Assembly (NCBI RefSeq): GCF_028368995.1
Contig: NZ_JAQNDL010000001.1
Coordinates: 2,432,001-2,496,000 of the forward strand
Length of the DNA stretch: 64,000 nucleotides
DNA from: Nannocystis bainbridge
GTDB lineage: Bacteria; Myxococcota_A; Polyangia; Nannocystales; Nannocystaceae
Reading direction: 5' to 3'
The notes under the pieces are model-generated. The model had not been told where the DNA came from. It worked only from the letters and a program-made list of their open reading frames with translations, and made no database searches. Shown one piece after another: positions 49,643 to 64,000 of the stretch. The position numbers and the translations under genes were made by a program. The stretch's first letter is position 1; the number at the start of each line of letters is the position of its first letter.

Positions 49643-51943
49643 ATGTTCGACCCCACCTCCGGCCTGCTCGCGCTCCTCGTCGCCGTCTTCGCGTCCGCCG
49701 GCCTGCTGGTCGCCGTCTTCGGGCGCGCGCCGCAGCTCCGCGGTCTGGCCCAGGCGCTCCGCCCCAGCCGCGCGCGGCGCCGGTTGTTCGCCGGCGCCGG
49801 CCTCGGCGCCATCGTCGGGGCCGCGTTCGCGCTGGCCGCCGGAGGGCCCGGCGCGATCGCCTGGTGGTGGCTGGCCGGGCTGCTCGGCGGCGGGCTCCAC
49901 TGGGCCGAGGCCCGTCTCGGCGCCGCCGAGCGCGTCGATGACATGTCCCGAGGTTCCGGTCGCTTCGGACATGTCCTGAAGTTCATGTCCGCTTGCGCAG
50001 GACTGGCCGCCGCCCTCGCCGCAGGCGGGCTGTTGCTCGCCCAGCAGGGCGCCGAAGTGCTGCGCGACTCGCTCGGCCTGGCGCCGTGGGCGGCCGGGCC
50101 GGTGCTGGCCGGGCTGCTGCTCGCGTTGGCGCTGCTCGCCCGCCGTCGCCCCGGCGGCGACGACCTCGCCGGCCTCGGCGCCCTCGCCGGCTTCGCCTTG
50201 CTGGCGTGGACCGGGGTGGCGCTGGCCGCCCTGCTCGCCGCCCCGGGCGCGCTCGCGGCTGGTCTTTCGGCCATGGTCGAAGGGGCATGGTCGGGCGAGG
50301 CCGCGCTGGCCGGCGCGCTCGCGGCCGCGGGTCAAGCTGTCCTTTGGAGCAGCTTCGCCGCGGGCATCGGCGGCGCGGCCGACGGCGACCCGTCCGAGCC
50401 GGCCGAGCGGGTGGTCGGCGTCGCGCCGATCACGGCCGCGGTGGCCACCCTCGCCGGTCTGCTGGTGCTCGCGGGCGGCGACCCGCGCGCGCCGATCGTC
50501 GCCGCCGAGGCGAGCGCGCTGCCCGGCGCGCCCGCTGGCACGGTCGCGCTCGAGCGGTACATCGGCGTCGGCCTGCAGCCGAGCGACTACGGCCAGACCG
50601 TCGTGCTCGCCGGCGACCTCGGCCTCACGCCGGGCAAGCGCTACGAGGTCGTGCTGCGCGCCGACCCGCGCGGGCATCGGGCCGGCGAGGTCATCGCCGG
50701 CGACAACCTGGTGGTGGTGCCGACCTACGCCGTCGCGGCCGACGTCGACAGCGTCATCCTGCGCGACAAGGACCCGGCGCGCGCCGGCAACCCCGGCTTC
50801 GACGTCCACATCGCCTGCACCCGCGAGCGCGTGAAGACCCGCGTCGGCGAGTTCTACAAGCTGCGCCCGCGCGACCCCAACATCAACCTTTTCCAGTTGA
50901 TGCGGGCGCGCGACCTCGACGGGCCGTACGTGCGGCTGCGCGACTATCACTTCGTCGCCAGCGTCCGCCCCGCCGTCGCCCTCGGCAGCAACGAGACGCG
51001 TCACCTTCTTTACGAGGAGCCGCGCCCGGACGACGCGCCGGCCGACCCCACGCTGCGCGAGCTGATCACGCTCGGCTTCGCCGGCCCCTACCTCGATCCG
51101 GGCGGCGCGACCGAAGCGCCTCCGTTCGCCCTCGCCGCCGCGCCCGGGGCCGCGCTGACGCTCGATCAGCGCGTGCACCTCCGCCTCGACGCGCCGGTGC
51201 GCGGCCTGGAACTCGGGTTCGTCAATCGCCTCGGCGAGCTCGAGGTGCCGCCGTGGGATCTGCTCGCGGGCGTTACTGACGCCGTGCTGCCCCACCGCGA
51301 CGACCCCGGGCTCGACGTGCACGTGCCGGTCCGCAGCCGCCTCGCGTTCGGCCGCTTGCGCTTCACCAGCGCCGACCCCGCGATCGTGTTCGCCGAGCTC
51401 TCCAAGTCGCATCCCGATCACGGCGCGCCGCGGCTGGTGCCGCCGAGCCATCGCTTCGCCGCCGAGGTGCGCGCGTCGACCCGCGTGCCCGCGCCGCGGC
51501 CCGACGGCCCGGTGTTAATTCCGCTTCACCGCGACCTGCATCCGACCGGCAATCCGGGCTACTCGCTTTACACGCCGCATCCGGCCGAGCTGCTGCTCGC
51601 GGGCATGCAGGCGCCGGTGCGCGACCAGTTCGGCGCCGCGCAGGTGCTGCCCGGGCTGCGCGCGGGACTCGGGCGGGCGGGCGACATCGCCGGCGGCCTG
51701 GTCCTCGGCGTCCTCACCCTCGCGGGCTTGATGTTCTGGCTGCGCCGGGGCCAGCGCTTCGCCGCGGGCTGCTTCGGCGGCGGTGAATTCGGGGTCGCGC
51801 TGGTGTTCCTCGTCTGCGTCTTCGCCGGTCCCGCGTGCGATCCGGCCGCGCTGCTGCGGCTCGCCGTGCCCGCGCTGGCGCTGGCCGCCGTGCTCGGACT
51901 CACCGTGATCCTCACCCGTCTGCAGCGGCTGCGGGGGCCTTGA
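49643..51943 (+). CDS. Divergent alanine/glycine:cation symporter (AGCS)-like membrane protein with a large duplicated soluble insert
   Basis: GGPGAIAWWWLAGLLG...AEARL resembles the AGCS GGPGAxFWMW motif; TM blocks flank a soluble region of about 370 aa. Confidence 0.65.
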   Translation: MFDPTSGLLALLVAVFASAGLLVAVFGRAPQLRGLAQALRPSRARRRLFAGAGLGAIVGAAFALAAGGPGAIAWWWLAGLLGGGLHWAEARLGAAERVDDMSRGSGRFGHVLKFMSACAGLAAALAAGGLLLAQQGAEVLRDSLGLAPWAAGPVLAGLLLALALLARRRPGGDDLAGLGALAGFALLAWTGVALAALLAAPGALAAGLSAMVEGAWSGEAALAGALAAAGQAVLWSSFAAGIGGAADGDPSEPAERVVGVAPITAAVATLAGLLVLAGGDPRAPIVAAEASALPGAPAGTVALERYIGVGLQPSDYGQTVVLAGDLGLTPGKRYEVVLRADPRGHRAGEVIAGDNLVVVPTYAVAADVDSVILRDKDPARAGNPGFDVHIACTRERVKTRVGEFYKLRPRDPNINLFQLMRARDLDGPYVRLRDYHFVASVRPAVALGSNETRHLLYEEPRPDDAPADPTLRELITLGFAGPYLDPGGATEAPPFALAAAPGAALTLDQRVHLRLDAPVRGLELGFVNRLGELEVPPWDLLAGVTDAVLPHRDDPGLDVHVPVRSRLAFGRLRFTSADPAIVFAELSKSHPDHGAPRLVPPSHRFAAEVRASTRVPAPRPDGPVLIPLHRDLHPTGNPGYSLYTPHPAELLLAGMQAPVRDQFGAAQVLPGLRAGLGRAGDIAGGLVLGVLTLAGLMFWLRRGQRFAAGCFGGGEFGVALVFLVCVFAGPACDPAALLRLAVPALALAAVLGLTVILTRLQRLRGP
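49939..50004. repeat. 14-bp-period palindrome array inside a CDS
   Basis: Cores at 49942, 49956, 49970, 49984 and 49998. Confidence 0.8.
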
Positions 51944-52045
51944 GCGCCCGCGCGGGGCCGCTTCGCCACGGGGCCTTCATACGCTCTAGCACCGCGACAG
52001 AACGCCGCGCTTGTCGGGCCCGCGCGCGCCGGATAGCGTGTCCAT

Positions 52046-53698
52046 ATGACGCGCCCCCAGCTCTCGATCTCCGCGGCCCTCGCCCTCGCCCTCGCCCCTG
52101 CGTGCGGCGATGACACCGGCGGCGCCGCCACCGGCGACGGCCCGGCCACCAACATCACGGCGACCGACGGTCCCGGGGGGACGAGCGAGGGCGGCAGCGA
52201 GTCGGACGGCGGGGTCACGACCGCGGCGCCGGAGCCGTTCGTGCCGGTGCCGGCGGTCGGCGGCATCGAGCTCGAGTGGGTCGAGGCCAACCAGGGCATC
52301 GGCGTGGCGATCGGCCGCGACGGCGCCGGCGTCGGCGGGTCCGACCGCACCTCGTACCTGCTGCAGAACCGGCTCACGCTGATCCGCGCGTTCTGGCGCA
52401 AGCTGCCCGAGGACTGGGTCCCGCGCGAGATCGAGGCCCGGCTCATCATCAGCGGCTACCCCGAGGGCGACAAGGTGCTGTCGAGCAAGGCGCTGGTCGA
52501 CGGCGCGGCGTTCGTCGGCAACCTCGAGAAGAGCTTCTACTGGGGCCTGATGCCGGCCGAGGTCATCTCGGGGCTCAAGTACCGCATCGAGCTGTGGGAG
52601 ACCGAGAAGGGCTGGGCGCAGATCGATCCGTCCACGCCCGCGGGCTCGACCCCGCCCAATCTGCCGGTGTCCGGCAACGCCTTCATCGGCGTCGAGGACA
52701 GCTACCAGATCATGAAGGTCACCATCGTCCCGTACAACTACAACTTCGGCGGCTGCGTCACGACGCCCGACCTGTCGGAGTCGACGATGAAGAAGTTCGA
52801 GACGTTCATGTTCATGATGAACCCGATCGAGCGGCTCGAGATCACGCTGCACGAGCCGATCGACTGGCAGGGCGAGCTGACGCATTTCGGCCAGCTCAAC
52901 CAGTTCATGGTCGACCTGCGCCAGCAGGACGGCGCGCCGCCCGAGACCTACTACTACGGCTACGTCGACGTGTGCTCGGGCGGCCTCGGCGGCGCCGGCG
53001 GGCAGGCGATCGACATCCCCAGCGGCGCGCTCAAGAACGACGCGTGGAAGCGGACCTCGTCCGGTCTGTCGCTGCCGGGCAACACCGACTACGCGGCCGA
53101 GACCTTCGTCCACGAGGTCGGCCACTCGCAGGGTCGCTACCACATCGCCTGCAGCGGCGAGGCCGGGACCGACAACAGCTATCCGCACCAGGGCGGCGAC
53201 ATCGGCGAGTGGGGCTTCGGCATCAACAACTTCAAGCTCTACCACCCCACCGTGCACAAGGACTACATGACCTACTGCCACCCGGTGTGGGCCTCGACCT
53301 TCGGCTGGAACAAGGTGTTCCCGATCATCCAGCAGCTGAGCTCGTGGGACACGGACGCCCCGCCCGCGCCCGAGCAGGGCGACGTGGTCCTGCTCGGCGT
53401 GATCCAGCCCGACGGCACCGAGTCGTGGATCACCACCCCGGGCGCCGTCGACCCGAACAACCTCAGCGCCGTGCAGCACGTCGAGTTCTTCGCCGGCGGC
53501 GAGTCCGTCGCCGTCCAGGCCGCCGAGGTCCGCCCGCAGCCCGACAGCGACGCCGTCAACATCGTCGTCGCCCTGCCCGAGGGTTTCGATGATGTCACCC
53601 AGATCGCCCGCGTCGACGGCGCTCGCCGCACGATCACCAGGGCCGAGGACATCACGATCAGCCACAAGTACCGCGCGCTGCCGCTGAGCAACAAGTAG
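52046..53698 (+). CDS. Zinc metallopeptidase lipoprotein (M66-like)
   Basis: APAC lipobox, HEVGHSQGRYH and the DYMTYC Met-turn. Confidence 0.85.
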   Translation: MTRPQLSISAALALALAPACGDDTGGAATGDGPATNITATDGPGGTSEGGSESDGGVTTAAPEPFVPVPAVGGIELEWVEANQGIGVAIGRDGAGVGGSDRTSYLLQNRLTLIRAFWRKLPEDWVPREIEARLIISGYPEGDKVLSSKALVDGAAFVGNLEKSFYWGLMPAEVISGLKYRIELWETEKGWAQIDPSTPAGSTPPNLPVSGNAFIGVEDSYQIMKVTIVPYNYNFGGCVTTPDLSESTMKKFETFMFMMNPIERLEITLHEPIDWQGELTHFGQLNQFMVDLRQQDGAPPETYYYGYVDVCSGGLGGAGGQAIDIPSGALKNDAWKRTSSGLSLPGNTDYAAETFVHEVGHSQGRYHIACSGEAGTDNSYPHQGGDIGEWGFGINNFKLYHPTVHKDYMTYCHPVWASTFGWNKVFPIIQQLSSWDTDAPPAPEQGDVVLLGVIQPDGTESWITTPGAVDPNNLSAVQHVEFFAGGESVAVQAAEVRPQPDSDAVNIVVALPEGFDDVTQIARVDGARRTITRAEDITISHKYRALPLSNK

Positions 53699-53763
53699 GG
53701 GCTGACCTTCCGGTCAGGTCTGAAGGGACATGTCGCTCGCGACATGTCCCTTCGCGCATTGTC
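53698..53763. repeat. 14-bp-period palindrome array at a convergent junction
   Basis: Cores at 53701, 53715, 53729, 53743 and 53757. Confidence 0.8.
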
Positions 53764-53782
53764 GCCAGTCGATTTGAAAGAC

Positions 53783-53815
53783 GAAGGGCCCCGGCGCGCC
53801 GCGCCGGAGCCCTTC
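53783..53815 (-). terminator. GC-rich hairpin downstream of the FG-GAP gene
   Basis: GAAGGGC-CCCGGCGC / GCGCCGG-A-GCCCTTC inverted repeat. Confidence 0.55.
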
Positions 53816-53834
53816 CCCTCACCGCTCACCCGTC

Positions 53835-56231
53835 TCAGGCGCGCTTGCGCGAGCGGCGGACGCCGAACACGCCGAGCAGCAGCAGCGAGCCCCACAGGCC
53901 GCGGGTGCCCTGGCTGTCGGCGACGCAGCCGCAGCCGTCGTCGTCGAGCTGGCACTGGCCGTCGGCGCCCGGGGCCGCGCCGTCGGGGCACTGGCCGTCG
54001 GTGTCGGTGGCACTGTCGCCGCAGTCCTCGGGGCAGGTCGACTCCTCGCCCGGGTCGCACACGTCGTCGCCGCACACTCCGCAGTCCTCGGGGCAGGTCT
54101 CACCGCCGGTCGGCTCGCAGATGCCGTCGCACTCGCCGGCCGTCTCGCCGCAGTCCTCCGGGCACACTTCGCCCGCCTCGCAGCTGCCGTCGCCGCACAT
54201 CGGGCCCGTGTCGCTCTCGCTCGTGGGGCAGTCCGCGGGGCAGGTCTCATCGGGCTCGCACACCCCGTTGCACGGGCAGTCCTGCGGGCAGAGCTCGTTG
54301 GTCTCGGCCGGCTCGTCGCACACGCCGTTGCCGCAGGTGTTCTGGCACTCGATGCAGGTGGGCGAGTCCTCGTCGCAGGTCTCCCACTCCTGGACCATCC
54401 CGTCGCCGCAGCTGTTGGGATCGATCTCGAGGGCGACGGTGAACGGGCCGACGCAGACCCGATTCTCGGCAGCATCGATGGCGCAGTACTGCCAGGTCAG
54501 GGTGTCGGTCTTGTTGCCGTTGTACGGCACGGTGAAGTCGACCCGCCACAGCGCCTCGCCGAACCAGATCGAAGGAGCGATGAACTTCTTCGGATCGGTG
54601 TCCAGCATGTTGACCAGCTCGTTCGGGTCGGCGAGGCCGAGCGCGAACTCCATGTACGGCAGGCGCCGGCCGTGGGCCGTCAGCGCCGCCCCCTCGCCGG
54701 TCAGGTTGAGGTCGCCGAGGCCGGCGTCGAACCAGTAGTCGTGCCAGTGGCTCGGCGTCTTGTAGTCGTTGACGCGGGCCTGGAACCCGGTCTCTTGCCC
54801 GAAGTACAGCAGCGTGCCGAGCTTGGCCTCGATGTTGTCGTCGTAGATCCGCGGCGGCGTGATGTCGACCGGCACGCCGTCGGCCGGGTCGTCGCGGCCG
54901 AACAGTACGAAGTTCGGCTGCCCCGCGTCGCGCGAGGCAAGGGCGACGTCGACCCGCTCGTCGTGGTTGAAGTCGGCGAACATCAGGCCGAACGTCGAAG
55001 CCAGGCCGGGCACCACCGGGAACGCCGCGTCCAGCGGTGCCCCCGCCGCGGTGAACTTGCTGCCGTCGTTGAGGAACAGCCGCGAGTTCTTGTCGTTCGG
55101 GCCCAGGCGCAGGCCGGTGGTCACGAAGTCGGGCGTGCCGTTGTTGTCGAAGTCGAGGGTCGCCGCGTCGAAGTCGAGCTTCGGCGGGTTTTGCCCGATG
55201 TCCCAGAAGCCGTTGGGGTTGTCGGCGAAGTCACCGCTGCCGTTGTTGACGATCACCGAATTGCGCTTGGCGCAGTAGTTGGTGCCCATGATGTCGACGC
55301 AGTTGCCCATCTGCCCGACACCGTCCTGCAGCGTCACGACGTCGACGAAGCCGTCGCCGGTGAAGTCCATCGGCGTGAACGCGGCGTTGACCTGCTTGGC
55401 GATGTTGCCCTCGAGCGCGCCGATCGGCAGGTGGGTGAAGTTGCCGTCGCCGTCGTTCTTGAGCACGATCGCCCAGCCGACGCCGCGGGTCGCGACCAGC
55501 ACGTCGAGCGCGTAGTCGTTGTCGATGTCGACCAGCTCCATGTCGAACGACCACACGGCCCAGCTCTCCATGCCCATCGGCAGGTTGGCGGCGCCGTCCT
55601 CGAACGTGCCGTCGCCGTTGCCGAGCCACAGGCGCAGCGAGGCGCCCTGGTCGACCGGGTCGCCGTAGGGCTGGCTCGAGCCCCAGTCGGTGGCGACGAT
55701 GTCGAGGTCGCCGTCGAGGTCGACGTCGCCGAGCTCGAGGTCGCCGATGCTCTTGTTGTTGCCCGGGCCGATGTCCTGGCGGGTGAACGCGCCGCCGCCC
55801 TCGTTGAGCAGGACGTAGCTCTGGCCGGTGAAGTTGACGCCGACCACCAGGTCCGCGTCGCCGTCGCCGTCGATGTCGCCGGCCTTGATCACGTAGGCGT
55901 TGTCGGGGTCGTCGAACACGCCGGCCGCGGCGGTGAAGCCGGTGCCGCCGCCGTTGACGAGCAGCTGGTTCGGCTGGGCGTTCTGGTCGCTGCCGGTGTT
56001 GTCACCCGAGCTGTTGGCGAACACGAGGTCGACGAACCCGTCGTTGTTGATGTCGACCAGCTCGACCTTCTGCGACGTGTACCCGGCGTCCGGCAGCGTG
56101 ATGCCGGCGTCGAGCGCCCACGGGGCCGCGCCGGCCAGCGCCGGCAGCAGCGCCGTCGACACGACCGTGACGGCCTGGAGCACGCGGGCCGGACGAGGAC
56201 AGGAGTTGGACCTAAAGCGAGCGTCGAACAT
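53835..56231 (-). CDS. FG-GAP/VCBS repeat surface protein with Cys-rich repeats and a MYXO-CTERM-like tail
   Basis: Repeated DxDxDGDxD motifs, CGDGxC...CPEDC repeats and GCGC..GLWGSLLLLGVFGVRR. Confidence 0.9.
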   Translation of the reverse strand: MFDARFRSNSCPRPARVLQAVTVVSTALLPALAGAAPWALDAGITLPDAGYTSQKVELVDINNDGFVDLVFANSSGDNTGSDQNAQPNQLLVNGGGTGFTAAAGVFDDPDNAYVIKAGDIDGDGDADLVVGVNFTGQSYVLLNEGGGAFTRQDIGPGNNKSIGDLELGDVDLDGDLDIVATDWGSSQPYGDPVDQGASLRLWLGNGDGTFEDGAANLPMGMESWAVWSFDMELVDIDNDYALDVLVATRGVGWAIVLKNDGDGNFTHLPIGALEGNIAKQVNAAFTPMDFTGDGFVDVVTLQDGVGQMGNCVDIMGTNYCAKRNSVIVNNGSGDFADNPNGFWDIGQNPPKLDFDAATLDFDNNGTPDFVTTGLRLGPNDKNSRLFLNDGSKFTAAGAPLDAAFPVVPGLASTFGLMFADFNHDERVDVALASRDAGQPNFVLFGRDDPADGVPVDITPPRIYDDNIEAKLGTLLYFGQETGFQARVNDYKTPSHWHDYWFDAGLGDLNLTGEGAALTAHGRRLPYMEFALGLADPNELVNMLDTDPKKFIAPSIWFGEALWRVDFTVPYNGNKTDTLTWQYCAIDAAENRVCVGPFTVALEIDPNSCGDGMVQEWETCDEDSPTCIECQNTCGNGVCDEPAETNELCPQDCPCNGVCEPDETCPADCPTSESDTGPMCGDGSCEAGEVCPEDCGETAGECDGICEPTGGETCPEDCGVCGDDVCDPGEESTCPEDCGDSATDTDGQCPDGAAPGADGQCQLDDDGCGCVADSQGTRGLWGSLLLLGVFGVRRSRKRA

Positions 56232-56293
56232 GGTGTTTCACTTTCAAGCGAGGGGTCAGGTGCAGTGAAGAATTCAGGGCGAAAAAATCGAAA

Positions 56294-56337
56294 GGGGCCG
56301 AAGGTGCGGGCGGACGAGCCGCCGAACCCTCGGCCCC
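56294..56337 (-). terminator. Hairpin between the two FG-GAP paralogs
   Basis: GGGGCCGAAGG...CCCTCGGCCCC, with T-rich sequence following on the - strand. Confidence 0.55.
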
Positions 56338-56350
56338 GGTCGCGTCGGCA

Positions 56351-58924
<2,574 letters not shown>

Positions 58925-59250
58925 GATGTTTGAACCTTCAATCGGGGGAAACACGCCGAGGCAGCCCGAGACGGGTCGCCGCGACAGGGCCCTGGAGCGC
59001 CGTAGCCAGCATAAGAAGGGTCTCGCGCCGGCGTCCAGTAAAAGTGAGTCCACGCGCGGTCTCGAGCCTCCGGGTTTACACCCCTGGCCCATGGGAAAAC
59101 CGGACGGCGGGCCCTTCGCGCCGGCGACTTCGATGTGTCACATCGGCGGCGCGCTGCGATCACCTGTCTGCAAGAACAGGTGACTTCAGGCGCGCTGGGC
59201 GCTACGCACCCCCCGGACCTGCACCCGCGGTCCGACGTCGCGGAGGTGTC

Positions 59251-60885
<1,635 letters not shown>

Positions 60886-60888
60886 GAC

Positions 60889-63123
60889 TCACTCCCGGCG
60901 GTTGCCGCCGACCAGTTCCTTCTTCGCGGAGATCCGGACCACGTAGGTCGCGGTGAGCTTCTTCTGCTGACCGGCAGGGACCTGCACGCGCCAGCGGTAG
61001 CCGCCCTTCAGCGCGTAGTCCTCGGGCTCGAACGGCGCCCACGCCGGCTCGACCGCGCCGACCTCGACCTGGATCTCGTCCTCGCGCTCGCGCACGCTCG
61101 GCAGCCGCTCCTGCACCTCGACCTCGACCGGCCGCGGCGAGCGGTTGGCGACCTCGAACTCGAGGTCGTGGCGCAGCGACAGCGAGCCGCCCATCAAGCC
61201 GGCCGCCTCCTCGCGGAAGTGGGTGTTGCGCGAGACCTTGATCGCCTGCTCGACGCCGAGGCCGATCTGCACCTCGCCGCGCGGCGGGGCGACCTTGAGG
61301 TCGGCCGACAGCAAGTAGTCGCCGCCGACGTAGATGTCCGCCGGGCCCGGCAAGAGCGGCGCGTCGAGCGGGTTCTTCAGCTTGACGAAGCGGTACACGT
61401 CGGTGCTCTCGCGCGGCACCACGACGTAGCCGAGCTGGATCGGCGCCGCCTGGGTGAGCAGCGGCACCGAGTGGTAGTCGCCGTCGGACGGGATGTCGAC
61501 CGGCGTCTCGGCGGCGTACACGTAGTCGAAGCCGAACCACGACTCGGCGAACCGGTGGCGCGGCGGCAGCCCGCGACCGCCCGCCTGCTGGGCCCGCGTC
61601 ACCGCGCCGTCGATCAGCGACACCACGTCGAGCTCGCGCGTCACCTCGCGCACCCACAACATCTCGAGGTAGCGCTCGCGCCGGTGCGTCAGCGTCAGCA
61701 CGCCGCGCCGGCCGGCCTCGGGCCCAGGCATGCGCAGGTCGCCATAGGCCAGCTGCTCGGGCGCCGCCTCGTGCTCGGGCTCGGGCCCCGGGCGAGCCAG
61801 CCCGCCCTGCGGCCCGCCGCCCTCGGCCCCGCCGAAGAAGCCGCCGACCGCGTCGGCCAGGGCTCCGCCGAGGCCGCCCTTGCGAGGCAGGGGCGCCGAG
61901 GCCATCACCGGCTGGGGCGATGCGGGCGACGGCGGCGGTGCCCCCGAGCGCATCACCATCGGCGGCGCGCTGACTTTGGGTGACGGTCGCCCAGCCCCGG
62001 GCGCCGGCTGGTTGCGGGCCTGCTCGAGCTGCCTCGAGCGCTGCTGGTACTGCGGGCTGATGCTCCCGTCCTGCGTGTGCTCGCGCGGCATGTCGGCGAG
62101 CACCTCGATCGAGGCCTCCGTCTCGGGGTCGGCCCACGCCTCGCTGGGCACCGGCTCGGGCGTCGGCTTGGACCGCGGCACGGACCCGGCGGCGAGGAAG
62201 CGATCGTAATCGGCGTAGAGCTCACCCGCCCCGGCCGGCGGCGCTCGCCAGCCGCGGCGCTGCGGCGCTGGTTGGCGGCGACCGATCCGCAGCGCCTGCA
62301 TCTCCGGCAGCTCGACCCATCGCTGGGCGTCGGCGGTGGCCAGCGTGAGGCGCACGCCGGCCCAGTCCTCGCCGGTGTCCTGAGCCACCATCGCCCGCAC
62401 CGCCACCGTCGCCCGGGCCATGTCGCGCGTCAGGCTGACCGCGTAGGCCGGGGCCCAGCGGGCGCCGGGCACCATGTACTCGATGATCAGCCGCACCGGC
62501 GCCGGCGGCACGTCGCGCGCGCGCAGGCTGATCAGCGCCGCCTTGCGCAGCTCGTGCGGCTTGGCCTGGCGCGCCTTCGAGGCCGCCTTGCGCCGGGCCT
62601 CGAGGTGCTCGCGGCGCTCCTCGGCCTGGCGCTGCTCCTCGCGCAGCCGCTGCAGCTGCGCGTCGATGGCCGCGATCTGCTGCTGCTGGAACGCCACCAG
62701 AGACAGCCGCGCCGCTGTCGGCGACGGCCGCGGTGGTTGCCCGCGCTTGTTGGCCGGGCGCTCGTACACCTGCAGCCGCTCGATGCGGGCGCGCTGGGCC
62801 TCGAGGTGGGCGCGGCGGTCGGCGAGCGCGCGGACGTCCCGGCGGGCCTGCTTGAGCTCGGCGTCGTCGGGAGGCGGCAGTGATGGATCGGGCACCGCCA
62901 GGTCGAGCGCGACCCGCAGGTCCATCGCCACCGGCAGCTCGCCGCCCTCACCCTCGACGCGCACGCGGACCGAGCCGTCGTCGAGGCTGAGCGGCAACCC
63001 GAGCAGCTTGACCTGCGGCGGCACCGGCTGGGCCGCCAGCAAGATCGCCGAGCGAGTGACGAGCGCGCCCTGGCGATACACCGTGACCGAGTCGATCCGC
63101 GAGGTCAGGACGGGGACGTTCAT
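60889..63123 (-). CDS. DUF4140/DUF4139 protein
   Basis: IDSVTVYRQGALVTR, YMVPGARWAPAY, QDTGEDW, LLPGP and a C-terminal LVGGNRRE. Confidence 0.88.
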   Translation of the reverse strand: MNVPVLTSRIDSVTVYRQGALVTRSAILLAAQPVPPQVKLLGLPLSLDDGSVRVRVEGEGGELPVAMDLRVALDLAVPDPSLPPPDDAELKQARRDVRALADRRAHLEAQRARIERLQVYERPANKRGQPPRPSPTAARLSLVAFQQQQIAAIDAQLQRLREEQRQAEERREHLEARRKAASKARQAKPHELRKAALISLRARDVPPAPVRLIIEYMVPGARWAPAYAVSLTRDMARATVAVRAMVAQDTGEDWAGVRLTLATADAQRWVELPEMQALRIGRRQPAPQRRGWRAPPAGAGELYADYDRFLAAGSVPRSKPTPEPVPSEAWADPETEASIEVLADMPREHTQDGSISPQYQQRSRQLEQARNQPAPGAGRPSPKVSAPPMVMRSGAPPPSPASPQPVMASAPLPRKGGLGGALADAVGGFFGGAEGGGPQGGLARPGPEPEHEAAPEQLAYGDLRMPGPEAGRRGVLTLTHRRERYLEMLWVREVTRELDVVSLIDGAVTRAQQAGGRGLPPRHRFAESWFGFDYVYAAETPVDIPSDGDYHSVPLLTQAAPIQLGYVVVPRESTDVYRFVKLKNPLDAPLLPGPADIYVGGDYLLSADLKVAPPRGEVQIGLGVEQAIKVSRNTHFREEAAGLMGGSLSLRHDLEFEVANRSPRPVEVEVQERLPSVREREDEIQVEVGAVEPAWAPFEPEDYALKGGYRWRVQVPAGQQKKLTATYVVRISAKKELVGGNRRE

Positions 63124-63322
63124 AGGCCGGCGGATTATGCCCGCGTCTCGGCCGGCGATCGCCGGCAAGCCGACGCGCCGGCCTCGAAGCGGCGAAATCG
63201 CCGTTCCACGCGGTTTCACGGGCGCGGCGCCGGCCGCCTGCGCGCCTGCTCGTCACGCGTCCGCGCCCACGCACGCGGGCGAGCGCGAGCCGCAGCGCGG
63301 CCGCGCTCGTCTGCGCCGGCGA

Positions 63323-64000
63323 TCACGCCGGCACGCGTCCGACGTCCTTGCGGTCGAAGAAGCGGTGGTTGGCGATCGCCTTGACGAACTGCTGCGCCAC
63401 CTGCTGCAGGTCGGCCGGCTTGCGGGCCCCGACCACACCTGGCTCTTTGAGCAGGTCGGCCTCCGACCCGCCCGCCGGCAGGATGTTGCTGGCGAGCAGC
63501 AGGTCGAGGCCCTCGCCGGTGGCCGCGAGCGGCTTGTAGTGGGCGAACGCCTCGGCGACGAAGTGGAGCGCCGCGCCCTCCTTCTTCAGCGCCGCCGCGC
63601 TGTCGGCCCCGCCGGGCACGTAGACCGCGTCGTAGAACACCGACGCCGCCGTTCGCAGCGACTTCTGCGGCGCGAGCGGCTTGCCGTCGCTGCGCTTGAC
63701 CGGGGCCATCGAAGGCGCCACCACCTCGACGGTCGCGCCGCCGGCGGTCAGCGCCGCCTTGAGCGCGTCGACCTGGGCGCCGTCGACCCCGTCCGCCACC
63801 AGCACCGCGATCTGCCGGGTCTGGATGGTGTCCTTGACCGTGTGGGCCATGCTGAGCTCGGGCGCCTTGACCTTGGAGTAGTCCTGGCGCAGGCCCGGCG
63901 CCGAGGTCACGCCGAACTTCGACCACTCGGCCTTGAGGCGCTTCATCGCCGAGGCCGGGTCGTCGACGGTGAGCCCGAGGTTCTTGGCCACGCGCTCGGC
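63323..64000 (-). CDS. katE: Large-subunit catalase HPII, C-terminal DJ-1-like domain (partial)
   Basis: RVAKNLGL, APELSM, RQIAVLVADGV, SVFYDAVYVPGG, EAFAHYKP and IANHRFFDR. Confidence 0.85.
   Translation of the reverse strand, partial: AERVAKNLGLTVDDPASAMKRLKAEWSKFGVTSAPGLRQDYSKVKAPELSMAHTVKDTIQTRQIAVLVADGVDGAQVDALKAALTAGGATVEVVAPSMAPVKRSDGKPLAPQKSLRTAASVFYDAVYVPGGADSAAALKKEGAALHFVAEAFAHYKPLAATGEGLDLLLASNILPAGGSEADLLKEPGVVGARKPADLQQVAQQFVKAIANHRFFDRKDVGRVPA

Noticed and set aside
49529-53698. Genomic island integrated at selC
   Set aside because: No integrase, no duplicated tRNA 3' end seen and no compositional shift downstream.

Overview
Very GC-rich chromosomal DNA, most likely from a myxobacterium (Nannocystis-like, inferred from MYXO-CTERM-type tails, an ADYC protein, a Ser/Thr kinase-STAND fusion and Cys-rich lipoproteins). 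About 45 protein genes are supportable. Housekeeping genes include rplU-rpmA-obgE, dnaJ, hemB, pruA, mpg, ABC-F, two pip copies and the katE 3' end. Accessory units include a DUF4178/aminopropyltransferase/FAD-oxidase cluster, an orphan N6-methyltransferase with a fused TRD-like domain, an NfeD-flotillin operon, a TetR-RND-TolC pump, three DUF4139 proteins and tandem FG-GAP surface proteins. A selenocysteine tRNA gene lies at 49529-49623. The most striking unexplained signal is a dispersed family of short arrays of a 10-bp palindrome (consensus near GGACATGTCC) repeated at an exact 14-bp period. About two dozen clusters were found by eye. They occur in all six convergent intergenic gaps and are also written into coding sequences. 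All calls come from reading the sequence; no searches were run.
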